Origin: Kineosporiaceae bacterium
Lineage (GTDB): Bacteria; Actinomycetota; Actinomycetes; Actinomycetales; Kineosporiaceae
Reading direction: 5' to 3'
DNA: 24,000 nt
Assembly: GCA_965200525.1 (NCBI GenBank)
Contig: OZ241368.1
Location: 1,235,513-1,259,512 of the forward strand
The position numbers and the translations under genes are program-made. Below, one piece after another: positions 16,947 through 24,000 of the stretch. Within the stretch, counting starts at the first letter, position 1. Each line of letters begins with the position of its first letter. Under the pieces are notes generated by a model. The model ran no database searches. It was not told the origin of the DNA and worked only from the letters and a program-made list of their open reading frames with translations.

Positions 16947-18047
16947 TCAGCAGGCCCGCAGCAGCGCCGTGCAGAGCGTCAGACCCGGTCCGAAAGCCAT
17001 CGCGATCACCGGATCGCCGCTGGTCAGCGCCTCTCGGCGGCGGATCTCGGCCAGCACCATGAGCACCGTCGGCGAGGAGCAGTTGCCGTACTCGTCGAGC
17101 ACCGACCGGCTGGCGGCCACCTGGTCGGTGTCCAGCTGGAGCCGGTCGGCGACCACGTCGACGATGCGCCGCCCGCCCGGGTGCACGGCCCAACCGGCGA
17201 CGTCCTCCAGGCCGAGACCGTAGGGCTTCACCAGCGACTGGACGGCGTCGGCTACGTGCACCGCGAGCACGTCCGGAACCTTCGGCGACAACCCCATCCG
17301 GAACCCGTGATCGGTGATCTCCCAGGTCATCAGCGGGGCGCTACCGGGGGCGGTGACGGCGGTGGTGTCCATGATCTCCAGGCCGCCGGTGGCGTCGGGC
17401 TCGATCACGACGGCCGCCGCGGCGTCGGCGAACAACGCGTGCGAGACCACGGTCTGCAGGTCCCGGGGGTCGGTGGACGGCTGGAAGTGCAGGGTCGGCA
17501 GCTCGACGCAGAGCACGACGACCGGGGCGCCCTGGGCCCGGACGAAGTCGGCCCCGGCGGCCAGGCCGGGGATCGCCGCGTAACAGCCCATGTGCCCGAC
17601 GATCAGCCGGCGGACCGACAGCGGCATACCGACGTCCTCGGCGATCAGGATGTCCAGGCCCGGGGTGGAGTAACCGGTGCAGGAGACGACCACGAAGAGG
17701 CCGACGTCCTCGGCCCGGACCTGGGCCTGGTCGAGGGCCTGCCGGACGGCGTCCCGGCCCAGCGTGCGGGCCTCGGTGACGTAGCGGCGCATCCGCTCGC
17801 CGGTGGTCCAGCCGCTGACGTCGGTCTGCCGGGGGTCGACCGCGGTGTGCCGGGTGCTGATCCCGGCCCGCAGGAAGATGGCCTTGGCCAGCGAGCTGTT
17901 GGCCAGCCGGGGCGCGAACACCTCGTCCCAGGCCTCGCGCTGGCCGATCGCGGCCGGCACGGCCAGACCCTGGCCGGTGAGCACGGCCGAGTGGCTGCGG
18001 GCCGGCTCGGGCCGGCCCAGCCGGCGCCGGCCGGATCCGCCGCTCAC
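16947..18047 (-). CDS. Type III polyketide synthase (chalcone/stilbene synthase superfamily)
   Basis: 366-aa ORF. The catalytic triad contexts are visible: VVSCTGYSTPG (Cys), WAVHPGG (His), YGNCSS (Asn), plus the C-terminal AFGPGLT loop. The GTG start overlaps the methyltransferase stop (GTGA at 18044-18047). Confidence 0.9.
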   Translation of the reverse strand: MSGGSGRRRLGRPEPARSHSAVLTGQGLAVPAAIGQREAWDEVFAPRLANSSLAKAIFLRAGISTRHTAVDPRQTDVSGWTTGERMRRYVTEARTLGRDAVRQALDQAQVRAEDVGLFVVVSCTGYSTPGLDILIAEDVGMPLSVRRLIVGHMGCYAAIPGLAAGADFVRAQGAPVVVLCVELPTLHFQPSTDPRDLQTVVSHALFADAAAAVVIEPDATGGLEIMDTTAVTAPGSAPLMTWEITDHGFRMGLSPKVPDVLAVHVADAVQSLVKPYGLGLEDVAGWAVHPGGRRIVDVVADRLQLDTDQVAASRSVLDEYGNCSSPTVLMVLAEIRRREALTSGDPVIAMAFGPGLTLCTALLRAC

Positions 18048-18775
18048 GGCGAGACCTTCGTGCCCAGGGCCTGGTAGACGCCGGACGTCGACCCGATCCG
18101 GAGCATCCGCACATGGTCGCGGCGGCGCAGCAGCCAGGCCAGGTAGTCGCGGATCGAGGGCCGCAGCCCGACGACGTCACCGAGTTCGACCCCGTGCCGG
18201 CCCAGCAACCGGCGCAGCCGTTCCGGATCGACCAGCAGGGCCGGGTCGTGCAGTCGCGGTGGGGGGCCGCCGGGGATCCGCTCGGCCAGCCGGATCAGCG
18301 CGATCCGGCTGAACCAGGTGTCGGCCAGGGTGTCGATCACCACCACGCCGCCCGGGGCCAGCACCCGGCCGATCTCGGCGCAGGCCGACTCCAGGTCGGG
18401 CAGGTGCTCCAGTACCTCCCCCGCGACGACGCCGGAGAGGCTGGCATCGGCGAACGGCAGCCGGACGGCGTCGGCCCGCACCGGAGCCAGTCCGTGAGCC
18501 CGGGCCTGCCGCAGCGACAGCGCCGACAGGTCAAGCCCGATCGGCCGCCAGCCGGCCCGCCGCCCGGTCAGGTGCGGCGCGAAAAGCCCTGCCCCGCAAG
18601 CAATGTCCAGCAGCGGCGCGCCCTCGAAGGGGGCCGCCGGCAGCAGTTCGGCCCGGGCCCGGGCCAGCCAGTGCAGGGCCGCGAACTTGCCGTGCGTCGG
18701 CCACCACTCGTCGGTCAGGTCGTCGTACTGCGCTGGATCGTTGCGTGCTCGCACCAGTCCGGCACCGTTCGGCAT
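18044..18775 (-). CDS. Class I SAM-dependent methyltransferase, UbiG-like
   Basis: 243-aa ORF with an ATG at 18773-18775 and GGGGAG 7 nt upstream. It is collinear with E. coli UbiG as I recall it: WW..G.F..LH near the N-terminus, SAM motif LLDIACGAGLF, EVLEHLPD, and LAPGGVVVIDTL. Confidence 0.82.
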   Translation of the reverse strand: MPNGAGLVRARNDPAQYDDLTDEWWPTHGKFAALHWLARARAELLPAAPFEGAPLLDIACGAGLFAPHLTGRRAGWRPIGLDLSALSLRQARAHGLAPVRADAVRLPFADASLSGVVAGEVLEHLPDLESACAEIGRVLAPGGVVVIDTLADTWFSRIALIRLAERIPGGPPPRLHDPALLVDPERLRRLLGRHGVELGDVVGLRPSIRDYLAWLLRRRDHVRMLRIGSTSGVYQALGTKVSP

Positions 18776-18888
18776 GAGCCATCTCCCCTCGACGCGACAC
18801 CTGATTCACTCATGTCACGACGGAAAGGGCAGTTCGGCGGACGGCGACAGCCCGGCCCGCGGCCTCGACCGTGGCCGGCCCGGCGGCC

Positions 18889-20016
18889 TCAGCGCAAGTC
18901 GTTGCGGCCCAGCTGGGTGAGGGTCTCGACGACCTTCTTGACGTCCTGGGCCCACTCCCGGGTGGTGACCAGAACGGCCGAGGGTGTGTCGATCACCACC
19001 ACGTCTTTCAGGCCGAGGACGGCGACCAGCCGGTTGCCGGCCGGGACGGCGATCCCGGAGGCGTCGACGTCGAGCACCTGGGCGGCGTCCCCGACCACCT
19101 TCAGCGCGGCGTCCCCGGGCAGCAGCGCGGCCAGCGAGGCCCAGTCACCGATGTCATCCCAGCCGAGCGCAGCCGGCACCACGGCCACCCGGCCGGCCTG
19201 GGCGGCGGGCTCGGCGATGGCGTAGTCGATGGCCACCTTCTCCAGGTCGGGCCAGGTGGCGGCGAGCACGGCGTCCCGCTCCGGGGTGTCCCAGGCGGCG
19301 GCGATGGTCAGCACCCCGGCGTGCAGCTCGGGCCGGTTGCGCTCCAGCTCGGCCAGCAGCACGTCGGTGCGGGCCACGAACATGCCGGCGTTCCAGCGGT
19401 AGCCACCCTCGTGCAGGTACATGGCGGCGGTGTCGGCGTCCGGCTTCTCGACGAAGCACTGCACCCGGCAGGCGGACGGCGCGCCCGCCAGCCCCAGCGG
19501 CTCGCCGACCTGGATGTAGCCGAACGCGGTCGAGGCGTGGTCGGGCTCGATCCCCAGCGTGACGATCTCGCCCAGCCGGGCGGCGGCGACGGCCTCGGCC
19601 ACCGCGGCCTCGAACCCGGTGACGTTGCGGATCACGTGGTCGGCGGCGAACGAGCCGATCACCGCGTCGGGGTCGCGCCGGGCGATCACGGCCGCGGCCA
19701 GGCAGATCGCCGCGGCCGAGTCCCGGGGGGTGGGCTCGGTCAGCAGGTTGGCCGGCAGCAGGCCGGGCAGCTGCTCGGCCACCGCCTCGGCGTGCGAGGC
19801 GCCGGTGACCACGGTGATGCCGCCGGGGCCGGTCAGCGGCTCCAGCCGGTCCCAGGTCTGCTGCAGCAGGGTGCGACCGGAGCCGGTCAGGTCGAGCAGG
19901 AATTTGGGCCGGGCCTGGCGCGAGAGCGGCCACAGGCGGGTACCGGCTCCCCCGGCCGGAACGATGGCCCAGAAACCGGGCAGGGCGGCGGTCGGCTCAG
20001 CGGCAAGATCTGTCAC
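18889..20016 (-). CDS. manC: Mannose-1-phosphate guanylyltransferase (GDP-mannose pyrophosphorylase)
   Basis: ORF 18889..20088, whose first start is TTG. I prefer the GTG at 20014-20016 (VTDLAAEP...). The nucleotidyltransferase signature VPAGGAGTRLWPLSR is present, followed by FVEKPD and GMFV. The exact start is uncertain. Confidence 0.82.
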   Translation of the reverse strand: MTDLAAEPTAALPGFWAIVPAGGAGTRLWPLSRQARPKFLLDLTGSGRTLLQQTWDRLEPLTGPGGITVVTGASHAEAVAEQLPGLLPANLLTEPTPRDSAAAICLAAAVIARRDPDAVIGSFAADHVIRNVTGFEAAVAEAVAAARLGEIVTLGIEPDHASTAFGYIQVGEPLGLAGAPSACRVQCFVEKPDADTAAMYLHEGGYRWNAGMFVARTDVLLAELERNRPELHAGVLTIAAAWDTPERDAVLAATWPDLEKVAIDYAIAEPAAQAGRVAVVPAALGWDDIGDWASLAALLPGDAALKVVGDAAQVLDVDASGIAVPAGNRLVAVLGLKDVVVIDTPSAVLVTTREWAQDVKKVVETLTQLGRNDLR

Positions 20017-20176
20017 CTGTCCCACGGTAGGGCCCGCGCTGTCCGACAGATGACGTTCTTGCCCGATCCACCCGCATGGATCTGGCAAACGCCCAGCGTC
20101 TGGACGTCACCGACCGGTCATCTGATCCACCGATTCGCGTCGCCCTGAGCTCATTCGAGTCGTCGAGCCTACTGCC

Positions 20177-21373
20177 ATGAAGGCAGACAGGACGTTCGAC
20201 GAGGTCGGTGCCCGGCCGCAGATCCAGCCGGCCGAGGAGCGACCGCGGCGGCTGCGGGTGGCCGTCGTGACCGAATCGTTCCTGCCGACCGGCAACGGCG
20301 TGACCACCAGCGTGTGCCGGGTGCTGGAGCACCTCAACCGCCGGGGGCACGACACGGTGGTGATCTGTCCCGGTCCGGCCCCGGAGAGCTTCGCCGGAGC
20401 CCGGGTGATCGGCGTGCCGTCGGTCAGCTACCGGCAGTTCCCGGTGGGGCTGCCCAGCTCCAAGGTGCAGCGCACACTGTCCAGCTTCGCCCCGGACATC
20501 GTTCACCTGGCCTCTCCGTTCGTGCTCGGCGCGGCCGGGGTCGTGGCCGCGGCCCAGCTCGGCCTGCCCAGCGTGGCCGTGTTCCAGACCGACGTGCCCG
20601 GTTACGCCCGGCGGAACCGGGCCCGGCTGCTGGAGCCGGCCGCCTGGCGCTGGGTCCGGCGGGTGCACAACCAGGCCGACCTGACCCTGGCTCCTTCCTC
20701 CGCGGCGATGGACGAGCTGCGGGCCCATGCGGTGCCGCGACTGGCCCTGTGGCAGCGCGGGGTGGACGGCGACCGGTTCAGTCCCCGACGCCGGGACACG
20801 GCCGCGGTGGCCGCGTTACGGGCCCGGCTGGCCCCGAACGGCGAGGTCCTGGTGGGCTACGTCGGGCGGCTGGCCCCGGAGAAGCGGGCCGAACGGCTGG
20901 CGGCGCTGGCCGGCCTGCCCGGAGTGCGGCTGGTGGTGATCGGCGACGGCCCGGCCTGGCGCACCCTGCGCAAGGCGCTGGCCCCGGCCGATCCGGCCTG
21001 GCTGGGCTGGCTGGACGGCGACGAGCTGGCCGACGCGTACGCCGCCCTCGACGTCTTCGTCCACACCGGCACCGAGGAGACCTTCGGGCAGACCCTGCAG
21101 GAGGCGATGGCCAGCGGGGTGCCGGTCGTCGCGCCGGCCCGGGGCGGGCCGGTCGACCTGGTCGCCCCCGGGCTGAACGGCCTGCTCTACGGCCCCGAGG
21201 ACGACGCCGGGCTGCGGGCCGCGGTGGCCGGGCTGAGCCTGGACGCCGACCAGCGCCGCTGGATGGGAACGGCCGGCCGGGTCGGGGTCCAGCGCCGCAC
21301 CTGGGAACTGCTGGGCGACGAGTTGATCGCCCACTACCGCGGCGTGCTGGCCCAGCGCGCCGTCGCCGCCTGA
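20177..21373 (+). CDS. GT4-family glycosyltransferase (GDP-mannose-dependent alpha-mannosyltransferase-like, MgtA/PimB-like)
   Basis: 398-aa ORF. The N-terminus LRVAVVTESFLPTGNGVTTSVCRVLEHLNRRGH is typical of this actinobacterial GT4 subgroup. An EX7E motif is present (ETFGQTLQE). It is divergent from manC. Confidence 0.82.
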   Translation: MKADRTFDEVGARPQIQPAEERPRRLRVAVVTESFLPTGNGVTTSVCRVLEHLNRRGHDTVVICPGPAPESFAGARVIGVPSVSYRQFPVGLPSSKVQRTLSSFAPDIVHLASPFVLGAAGVVAAAQLGLPSVAVFQTDVPGYARRNRARLLEPAAWRWVRRVHNQADLTLAPSSAAMDELRAHAVPRLALWQRGVDGDRFSPRRRDTAAVAALRARLAPNGEVLVGYVGRLAPEKRAERLAALAGLPGVRLVVIGDGPAWRTLRKALAPADPAWLGWLDGDELADAYAALDVFVHTGTEETFGQTLQEAMASGVPVVAPARGGPVDLVAPGLNGLLYGPEDDAGLRAAVAGLSLDADQRRWMGTAGRVGVQRRTWELLGDELIAHYRGVLAQRAVAA

Positions 21374-21452
21374 CGCCGTCCCGACTCGAGCTCGACCGCC
21401 GGCTCCGACCGGGCGCCGCGCCCCAGCCGCCCCACAGGTACCCTCCCGATCA

Positions 21453-22796
21453 ATGTCCAGTCGCCGTGTGATCCACGCCCTCGCGGTGCTGGGGACGATC
21501 GCCGGGCTGGGGCTGACCGGGGCGACCGGCGCCTCGGCCCTGGTCACCGTTCGCGAGAGCGTTGTCCCGCGGGCGGTCTCGCCCACCCCGACGCCGAAAC
21601 CGGAGCCGCTGCCGGCGGCCCGGTCCTGGGTCGGAGGCAAGAACCTGATCGAGAACAAGGTGCAGCTCGCGGTGCCGGCCGGAGTGCCCGCCCCACCGGC
21701 CCCGCCGGCGGCCTCCTGGCTGATCGCCGATCTCGACACCCGGCAGATCCTGGCCGCGCACCGGGCCCACGTGCCGCTGGCCCCGGCGTCCACCCTGAAG
21801 ATCTTCACCGGGCTGGCCCTGGCTCACCGGCTCGACCCGGCCAAGGTCTACACCGGCCGGGACGACGACGCCGCGGTCGACGGCACCCGGGCCGGGATCG
21901 TGCCCGGATCGACCTACACCGTGGACGACCTGCTCCACGGCATGCTGATGAGCAGCGGCAACGACTGCGCCAACGCCCTCGGCAACCTGGTCGGCGGCCG
22001 GAAGACGGCGGTCGGGCTGATCCAGGACGAGGCCCGGCAACTGGGCGCCTTCGACACCGTCGCCCGCACCACCAACGGCCTCGACGCGAAGGGCCAGGTG
22101 AGCAGCGCCTACGACCTGGCCCTGGCCGGTTCGGCGGCGCTGGCCGATCCTCAGCTCAGCCAGGTCATGACGACGACCATGTACCGCTTCCCCGGGGTCG
22201 GCAAGTCACTGGGCAAGAAGCGGGCCCGGTTCCAGATTCAGAACCACAACCGGATGCTGCGCAACTACGACGGCGCGACCGGGGTCAAGAACGGCTACAC
22301 GGTCGCCGCCCACGGGTCGTTCGTCGGCAGTGCCACCCGCAAGGGGCACAGCTACATCGCCGTCGTGATGCGCGCCGACGGCAGCACCTGGCACGAGACG
22401 ACCGCCCTGCTGGACTGGGCCTTCGCCCACGGCGGTCAGGCTCAGCCGGTGGGCGAGCTGGTCCGGCCGGGCGAGCTGCCGTCGATGACCGGGCCGGGGC
22501 TGAACGACGGCACGATCAGCGCCGGCCGGACTCCGGCCCCGGCCCCGGCCGGGGCCGGGGCCGGGGCCGATCTGCGCGGGGCCCTGCCGGCGACCTCGAC
22601 CAGCCTCAGCGCGCCGGCGGCGGCCGGGCGCAACGGCCGGATCCTGCTCGTCGGCGCGGCCATCGCCCTGGTGCTGATCGCCTTCGTGGTCGGACGGCGT
22701 CCCCGCTTCGGGTTCGCCGGCTCCGGGCGCGGCCGGTCCCGAACTCGGCCGGGTGGTCGAAGCCGGATCGCCGGCAACGGCAAGCACCGCGGCTGA
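21453..22796 (+). CDS. D-alanyl-D-alanine carboxypeptidase (S11 penicillin-binding protein) with a C-terminal membrane anchor
   Basis: 447-aa ORF with a signal-like N-terminus. Motifs: SxxK (ASTLK), SxN (SGND), KxG (KNGYT). There is a C-terminal hydrophobic anchor ILLVGAAIALVLIAFVV followed by an Arg/Gly-rich tail. Confidence 0.85.
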   Translation: MSSRRVIHALAVLGTIAGLGLTGATGASALVTVRESVVPRAVSPTPTPKPEPLPAARSWVGGKNLIENKVQLAVPAGVPAPPAPPAASWLIADLDTRQILAAHRAHVPLAPASTLKIFTGLALAHRLDPAKVYTGRDDDAAVDGTRAGIVPGSTYTVDDLLHGMLMSSGNDCANALGNLVGGRKTAVGLIQDEARQLGAFDTVARTTNGLDAKGQVSSAYDLALAGSAALADPQLSQVMTTTMYRFPGVGKSLGKKRARFQIQNHNRMLRNYDGATGVKNGYTVAAHGSFVGSATRKGHSYIAVVMRADGSTWHETTALLDWAFAHGGQAQPVGELVRPGELPSMTGPGLNDGTISAGRTPAPAPAGAGAGADLRGALPATSTSLSAPAAAGRNGRILLVGAAIALVLIAFVVGRRPRFGFAGSGRGRSRTRPGGRSRIAGNGKHRG

Positions 22797-22937
22797 TCCG
22801 CTGAACCCGGCCGAACACCGCGGGCCGGAAACCTCCGATCGCGGACATTCCGGAAGCACACTGTCGGTGCAGCGTGATAGACCTCTGGCCCTACGGATCG
22901 GTGACGCCGGTCGTAGCGGTGACGACAGGGAGCCCGG

Positions 22938-24000
22938 GTGAGCGAGACCACGGCGGCGCGGCCGGGCCCGGAGGCGGGCGACGAGCTCGACCTCCGGTTG
23001 GTGCGGGGCCGGCGCGGTCACGGTGGCCTGGTGCTCCGGGTCCGGGTGCTGCCGGCGGCGGCCCTGCTCGGCGCCGTCCAGGTGCTGCTCACCGGCACCC
23101 GGCTGGCCCGGTCCTGGTTCTGGCAGGACGACCTCAACCTGCTGGCCACCACCGCCCACCGATCGCTCAGCCCGAGCCTGCTGCTCTCCGACTACAACGG
23201 TCACCTGGTGCCGGGCAGCTGGGCCCTGGCCTGGCTGCTCGATCGGGTGGCGCCGCTGCAGTGGTGGCCGGCCGCGCTGCTCACCCTGGCCGTGGTCGCG
23301 GCCACCAGCGCGATGATGCTGGCCCTGCTGCGCCGCCTGTTCGGCGACCGGCCGGCGATCCTGCTGCCGTACGCCATGTTCTGCGCCACCAGCCTCACCC
23401 TGACCGGCACCCTCTGGTGGGCGGCGGCCCTGGAGTGGCTCCCGGTCACGCTGGCCCTGGTCTGCGCGTTCTGGTTCCACGTCGGCCTGTTGCGAACCGG
23501 GCGCCGGGCCGATGCGCTGGGCGCGGCGCTGTCCGTCCTGCTGGGCCTGCTGTTCTTCGAGAAGGCCCTGGTCATCCCGGTGATGCTGGCCCTGTTCACG
23601 GTGCTCTACGCCGTCCCCGGGCCGCTCTGGCGCCGTCCCGGGCGGGCGTTGCGCCGGCTCTGGGGGTACTGGCTGGCCCTGGCCGCCCTGGGCGGCGGGT
23701 TCCTCTGGCTCTACCTGTCGCGGGTGACGATCGAGACCGGAGCGCCGTCGTCCGGCAACGACGTCCTCGAGCTGACCCGGCTGATGATCCTCGAGACCCT
23801 GCTGCCCAGCCTGGTCGGCGGCCCGCTGCACTGGATCACCACGCCGGCCACCACGATCAGCGCCTGGCCCGATCCCTGGACCGCTTTGGCCGGGCTGGCG
23901 CTGGCCCTGGCTCTGGGGGCGGTGCTGGGTTCGCTGGTGCTGATCCGCGGAGCCTGGCGGGCCTGGCTCCTGGTGCTGGTCTTCGTCGGGGTCTCGGTGG
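22938..24000 (+). CDS. Polytopic membrane protein, GT-C-like glycosyltransferase candidate (5' part; continues beyond the window)
   Basis: This ORF is not in the supplied track because it has no stop inside the window. It starts at GTG 22938, with AGGGAG 6 nt upstream, and stays open to 24000 with position-3 G/C throughout. My translation gives at least 8 hydrophobic segments, with WFWQDDLNLL immediately after the first one (an acidic first-loop motif as in GT-C enzymes). Confidence 0.7.
   Translation, partial: MSETTAARPGPEAGDELDLRLVRGRRGHGGLVLRVRVLPAAALLGAVQVLLTGTRLARSWFWQDDLNLLATTAHRSLSPSLLLSDYNGHLVPGSWALAWLLDRVAPLQWWPAALLTLAVVAATSAMMLALLRRLFGDRPAILLPYAMFCATSLTLTGTLWWAAALEWLPVTLALVCAFWFHVGLLRTGRRADALGAALSVLLGLLFFEKALVIPVMLALFTVLYAVPGPLWRRPGRALRRLWGYWLALAALGGGFLWLYLSRVTIETGAPSSGNDVLELTRLMILETLLPSLVGGPLHWITTPATTISAWPDPWTALAGLALALALGAVLGSLVLIRGAWRAWLLVLVFVGVSV

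Noticed and set aside
15100-18800. The accessory-looking segment (orphan gene, type III PKS, MT) might be a mobile element or genomic island.
   Set aside because: There is no integrase, transposase, tRNA attachment site or flanking direct or inverted repeats. Codon usage looks the same as the neighbours, apart from the 26-nt AT-rich patch at the orphan gene start.
18776-18888. A small ORF or precursor peptide upstream of the MT/PKS operon (for example the start of ORF 18531..18809-), and a promoter call from the GTGACA hexamer.
   Set aside because: The ORF overlaps the methyltransferase in another frame, with poor codon bias. No convincing -10 element lies at the right spacing from GTGACA, so no promoter is asserted.
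22797-22937. A terminator or regulatory element between the DD-carboxypeptidase and the GT-C-like gene: a CCGGCC/GGCCGG stem and a CGGTGACG direct repeat.
   Set aside because: The stem is only 6 bp with a 10-nt loop, and an 8-bp repeat is unremarkable at this GC content. This is not distinguishable from chance by eye.
64-23831. Many long ORFs overlapping the called genes in other frames or on the opposite strand. Examples: 64..1308-, 396..1391+, 3712..5679-, 5889..6650+, 8446..9546+, 9498..11117+, 10670..12445+, 12420..13457+, 13596..14663-, 13736..14902+, 15158..16327-, 15171..16718-, 15212..16315+, 17181..18077+, 17341..18180-, 18113..19225+, 18871..20148+, 19997..20728-, 20314..21471+, 20816..21808-, 22206..23831-.
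   Set aside because: Their translations are Arg/Pro/Gly/Ala-rich low-complexity sequence with no recognisable motifs. This is the expected shadow of stop-codon-poor, GC-rich DNA. In every case the overlapping frame that I called has family motifs and the position-3 G/C bias.

Overview
The window is a very GC-rich chromosomal segment (well above 65% G+C by eye, not computed) with actinobacterial gene content and codon style. Almost every real gene has G/C at codon position 3, and each is shadowed by long Arg/Pro/Gly-rich ORFs in other frames. I support 18 protein-coding genes. Most belong to conserved housekeeping blocks. (1) A LigC-type ATP-dependent DNA ligase plus a stand-alone LigD-type primase-polymerase (126-2410, minus strand). 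(2) A translationally coupled beta-phosphoglucomutase-family HAD hydrolase plus a GH65 disaccharide phosphorylase (2510-5688, plus strand). (3) A pyrimidine/nucleoside salvage block on the minus strand: BMP lipoprotein, double-ABC ATPase, two permeases and cdd, joined by ATGA/GTGA overlaps; deoA lies further downstream, separated by an oppositely oriented YdeI-like gene. (4) An M20D amidohydrolase. (5) An envelope glycosylation/peptidoglycan block: GDP-mannose pyrophosphorylase divergent from a GT4 mannosyltransferase-like gene, then a DD-carboxypeptidase and a polytopic GT-C-like membrane protein that runs off the right edge. The only part that looks accessory is 15.1-18.8 kb. It holds a 579-aa orphan protein (Cys/His cluster, hydrophobic segment, long helical C-terminal region; AT-rich 5' end with a TTA codon) lying convergent to a two-gene operon of a UbiG-like methyltransferase and a type III polyketide synthase joined by a GTGA overlap. 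I found no tRNA, rRNA, CRISPR, transposase, integrase or recognisable defence genes, and no clear-cut novel multi-gene system. The best candidates for follow-up are the orphan protein with the minimal type III PKS operon, and a roughly 240-nt structured leader upstream of the nucleoside ABC operon. Several short tandem repeats and long GC-rich hairpins sit in intergenic spacers.
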